From assembly GCA_030704615.1 (NCBI GenBank), contig CM060731.1, positions 35,836,001 to 35,900,000 of the forward strand: DNA of 64,000 bases. The letters run 5' to 3'. Both the position numbers and the translations under genes were made by a program. Below the pieces are notes generated by a model. The model was not told the origin of the DNA. It searched no databases and worked only from the letters and a program-made list of their open reading frames with translations. The stretch comes from Takakia lepidozioides (taxonomy: Eukaryota; Plantae; Bryophyta). Below, one piece after another: positions 62,344 through 64,000 of the stretch. Position 1 is the stretch's first letter; each line of letters begins with the position of its first letter.

Positions 62344-63697
62344 GATCACCACAACCTAGTGGGTATCCAGGGATTGGAAAGCTCCAAACAATTTGGATTG
62401 TGGGCGGATGAAACTCTAGCAGGCAAGTAACAGGTTCCACCCGCAAAAGCTGTGCTTCTAAAGATCACCACGGTCAATTCATAAACCCTTATTTACACGC
62501 CAACTTTCGCCTCCCGAACCGGGTATCGCTGGTCAAGCTGCCTTGTGGTTACCTGCAGCAGCTCCGCTCCAAACTTCATGCCAGCACCCTGCGCAGATGT
62601 TGCACTTGGAAGTTATACAATCCTTCTAGAGTGATTGTTCGACTTCCACCCAATGTCAATCCCTGGAGCTGCTCTTGAAGCCGATTATTGATCATGACCC
62701 AGTAGGCGTGAACTTCTTGTCCACTCCCTACCTCCGATCGATACTTCGGAGGCAAAACAATAGGATTCGAAATAGGACTCTACTCTACTAGGAAACACCG
62801 AGCAATCCTCTTTTCCTTTTCAGACACGGACCCCATTCGAGACTGAAGAGCCCGTATTGGAAAAACTTCCCGTTATTTTAAAACACTCTCATTCCTAGAT
62901 CCAAGAAAAACCCTATATTAAGCCATGCGCAGTTAGGGGTGACATGACAGGGTTTAGTGGCTCCTAAATTACTTCGTCCTTCTTCTCACTTCCTCCTCTC
63001 TAGGAAACTAGATTGTCTGCTCCTTAGGTCCTTAAGCTTGCTGTGGATTCATATCTTTCTGAGAAACTCTTTATAATTCTGTCTCTCTGCCTGTGTTGTC
63101 TTACTTTGTTTCTTGGGGATCTTTTCCAGGGAAGAGGAAAACCAAAACCTCCAAAAACCTTCCAGGATATACGATAGATCATGAGCGCTTTGGTCTTTTC
63201 TTCTTCTCTCTATTCTCTTACTGTTATTTTCATTATCTCTGAAAATCAGCGGTTATAGTACAAGGCGTCATTGGCACAACCACTGCAAATGTTTGGATTT
63301 AGTAGGAGCCCCTCGCCTGACCACGACGACAAGGACGATCCCATTGAATGGCTTTCCATTGTGACTGCCATTTCTCTTGAATTGAAGCACAAGTGTGGGA
63401 CGAACGTTGAACTTGCCACAAGCACCAAAACTGCAAAACAAGAAAGCAAATCGCCGAAATCATATGATCTTACAGTCATGAGACAAAAACGAAGATTGTC
63501 GAGAGATGAAGCTGATGTTACTGGAAGATCACGACCACGAGCATTCTCAAATTGGTACTAACATCATTATGTTAATTCATAACAACATTCTCTCCCTGAA
63601 TAAAATTTTCCAATTCGAATTTGCAGTTAGAGATAGAGTTGCTGTAACTTTGTCATAACGATCAGAAGATTGTGCAGGACAGGAATTGTAAGTGCAG

Positions 63698-64000
63698 TCA
63701 GATAGTGACCCCAAAGTCTACACTTACTGGGATATTGACTTGTACAGGGATGACGAGGGCCGTGGTGAATACAAAACATGGCGCCAGAAGAGATGGGCCT
63801 TAATTACAAGCAAGGATCCTGTGGAAGAAAAATCATATGGTCCATTTCAGTCTCCGGCCGAGCTTCAGGACTTTCACAACGACCTAGTAGGCTTTTTGGG
63901 TAGTGGGAACTCCATGCCATGGGTGGAGCTCGTGGAGGCTGTCCGGGTGAAGGCGTTGTTGGTTCATGTGGGCACATCCCATGAGGCTGCAGAAGCTTGG
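63698..64000 (+). CDS. Possible exon of an unknown gene running off the window
   Basis: About 100 open codons after tgcag (SDSDPKVYTYWDIDLY...); no family recognised. Confidence 0.25.

Overview
Eukaryotic, intron-containing DNA, most consistent with a non-seed land plant (bryophyte-like): GT-AG introns, plant CYP72-clan exon structure and a microbial-type terpene synthase. The species cannot be determined from the sequence. Host genes are three paralogous 5-exon cytochrome P450s (copy 1 disrupted; copies 2 and 3 splice into intact ORFs of about 540 and 531 aa), a disrupted intronless microbial-type terpene synthase (MTPSL), and a FAM172A/Arb2-family gene. The rest is a nest of mobile DNA. It includes a Copia remnant carrying a solo LTR, and a hAT-like transposase split by a roughly 22-kb DNA transposon (11601 to about 33618). 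There are also tRNA-derived SINEs, a Helitron-like repeat, an L1 remnant and two TTAA-flanked piggyBac-type MITEs. A TA-flanked TIR element has captured a partly spliced alanine aminotransferase and a Gypsy fragment encoding part of a C5 DNA methyltransferase. The most unusual system is the 22-kb element. It has a Sola-like DDD transposase on +, and spliced cargo genes on -: a ParB-like / degenerate methyltransferase-like / acidic-tail protein, tandem FCP1/NIF-family phosphatase domains, and a protein with RNA polymerase II CTD-like heptads. About 17 clear copies of a 24-bp palindrome (consensus AACSTCGACATTAATGTCGASGTT) sit almost only in its introns and intergenic spacers. All family assignments come from motif recognition by eye; no database searches were run.
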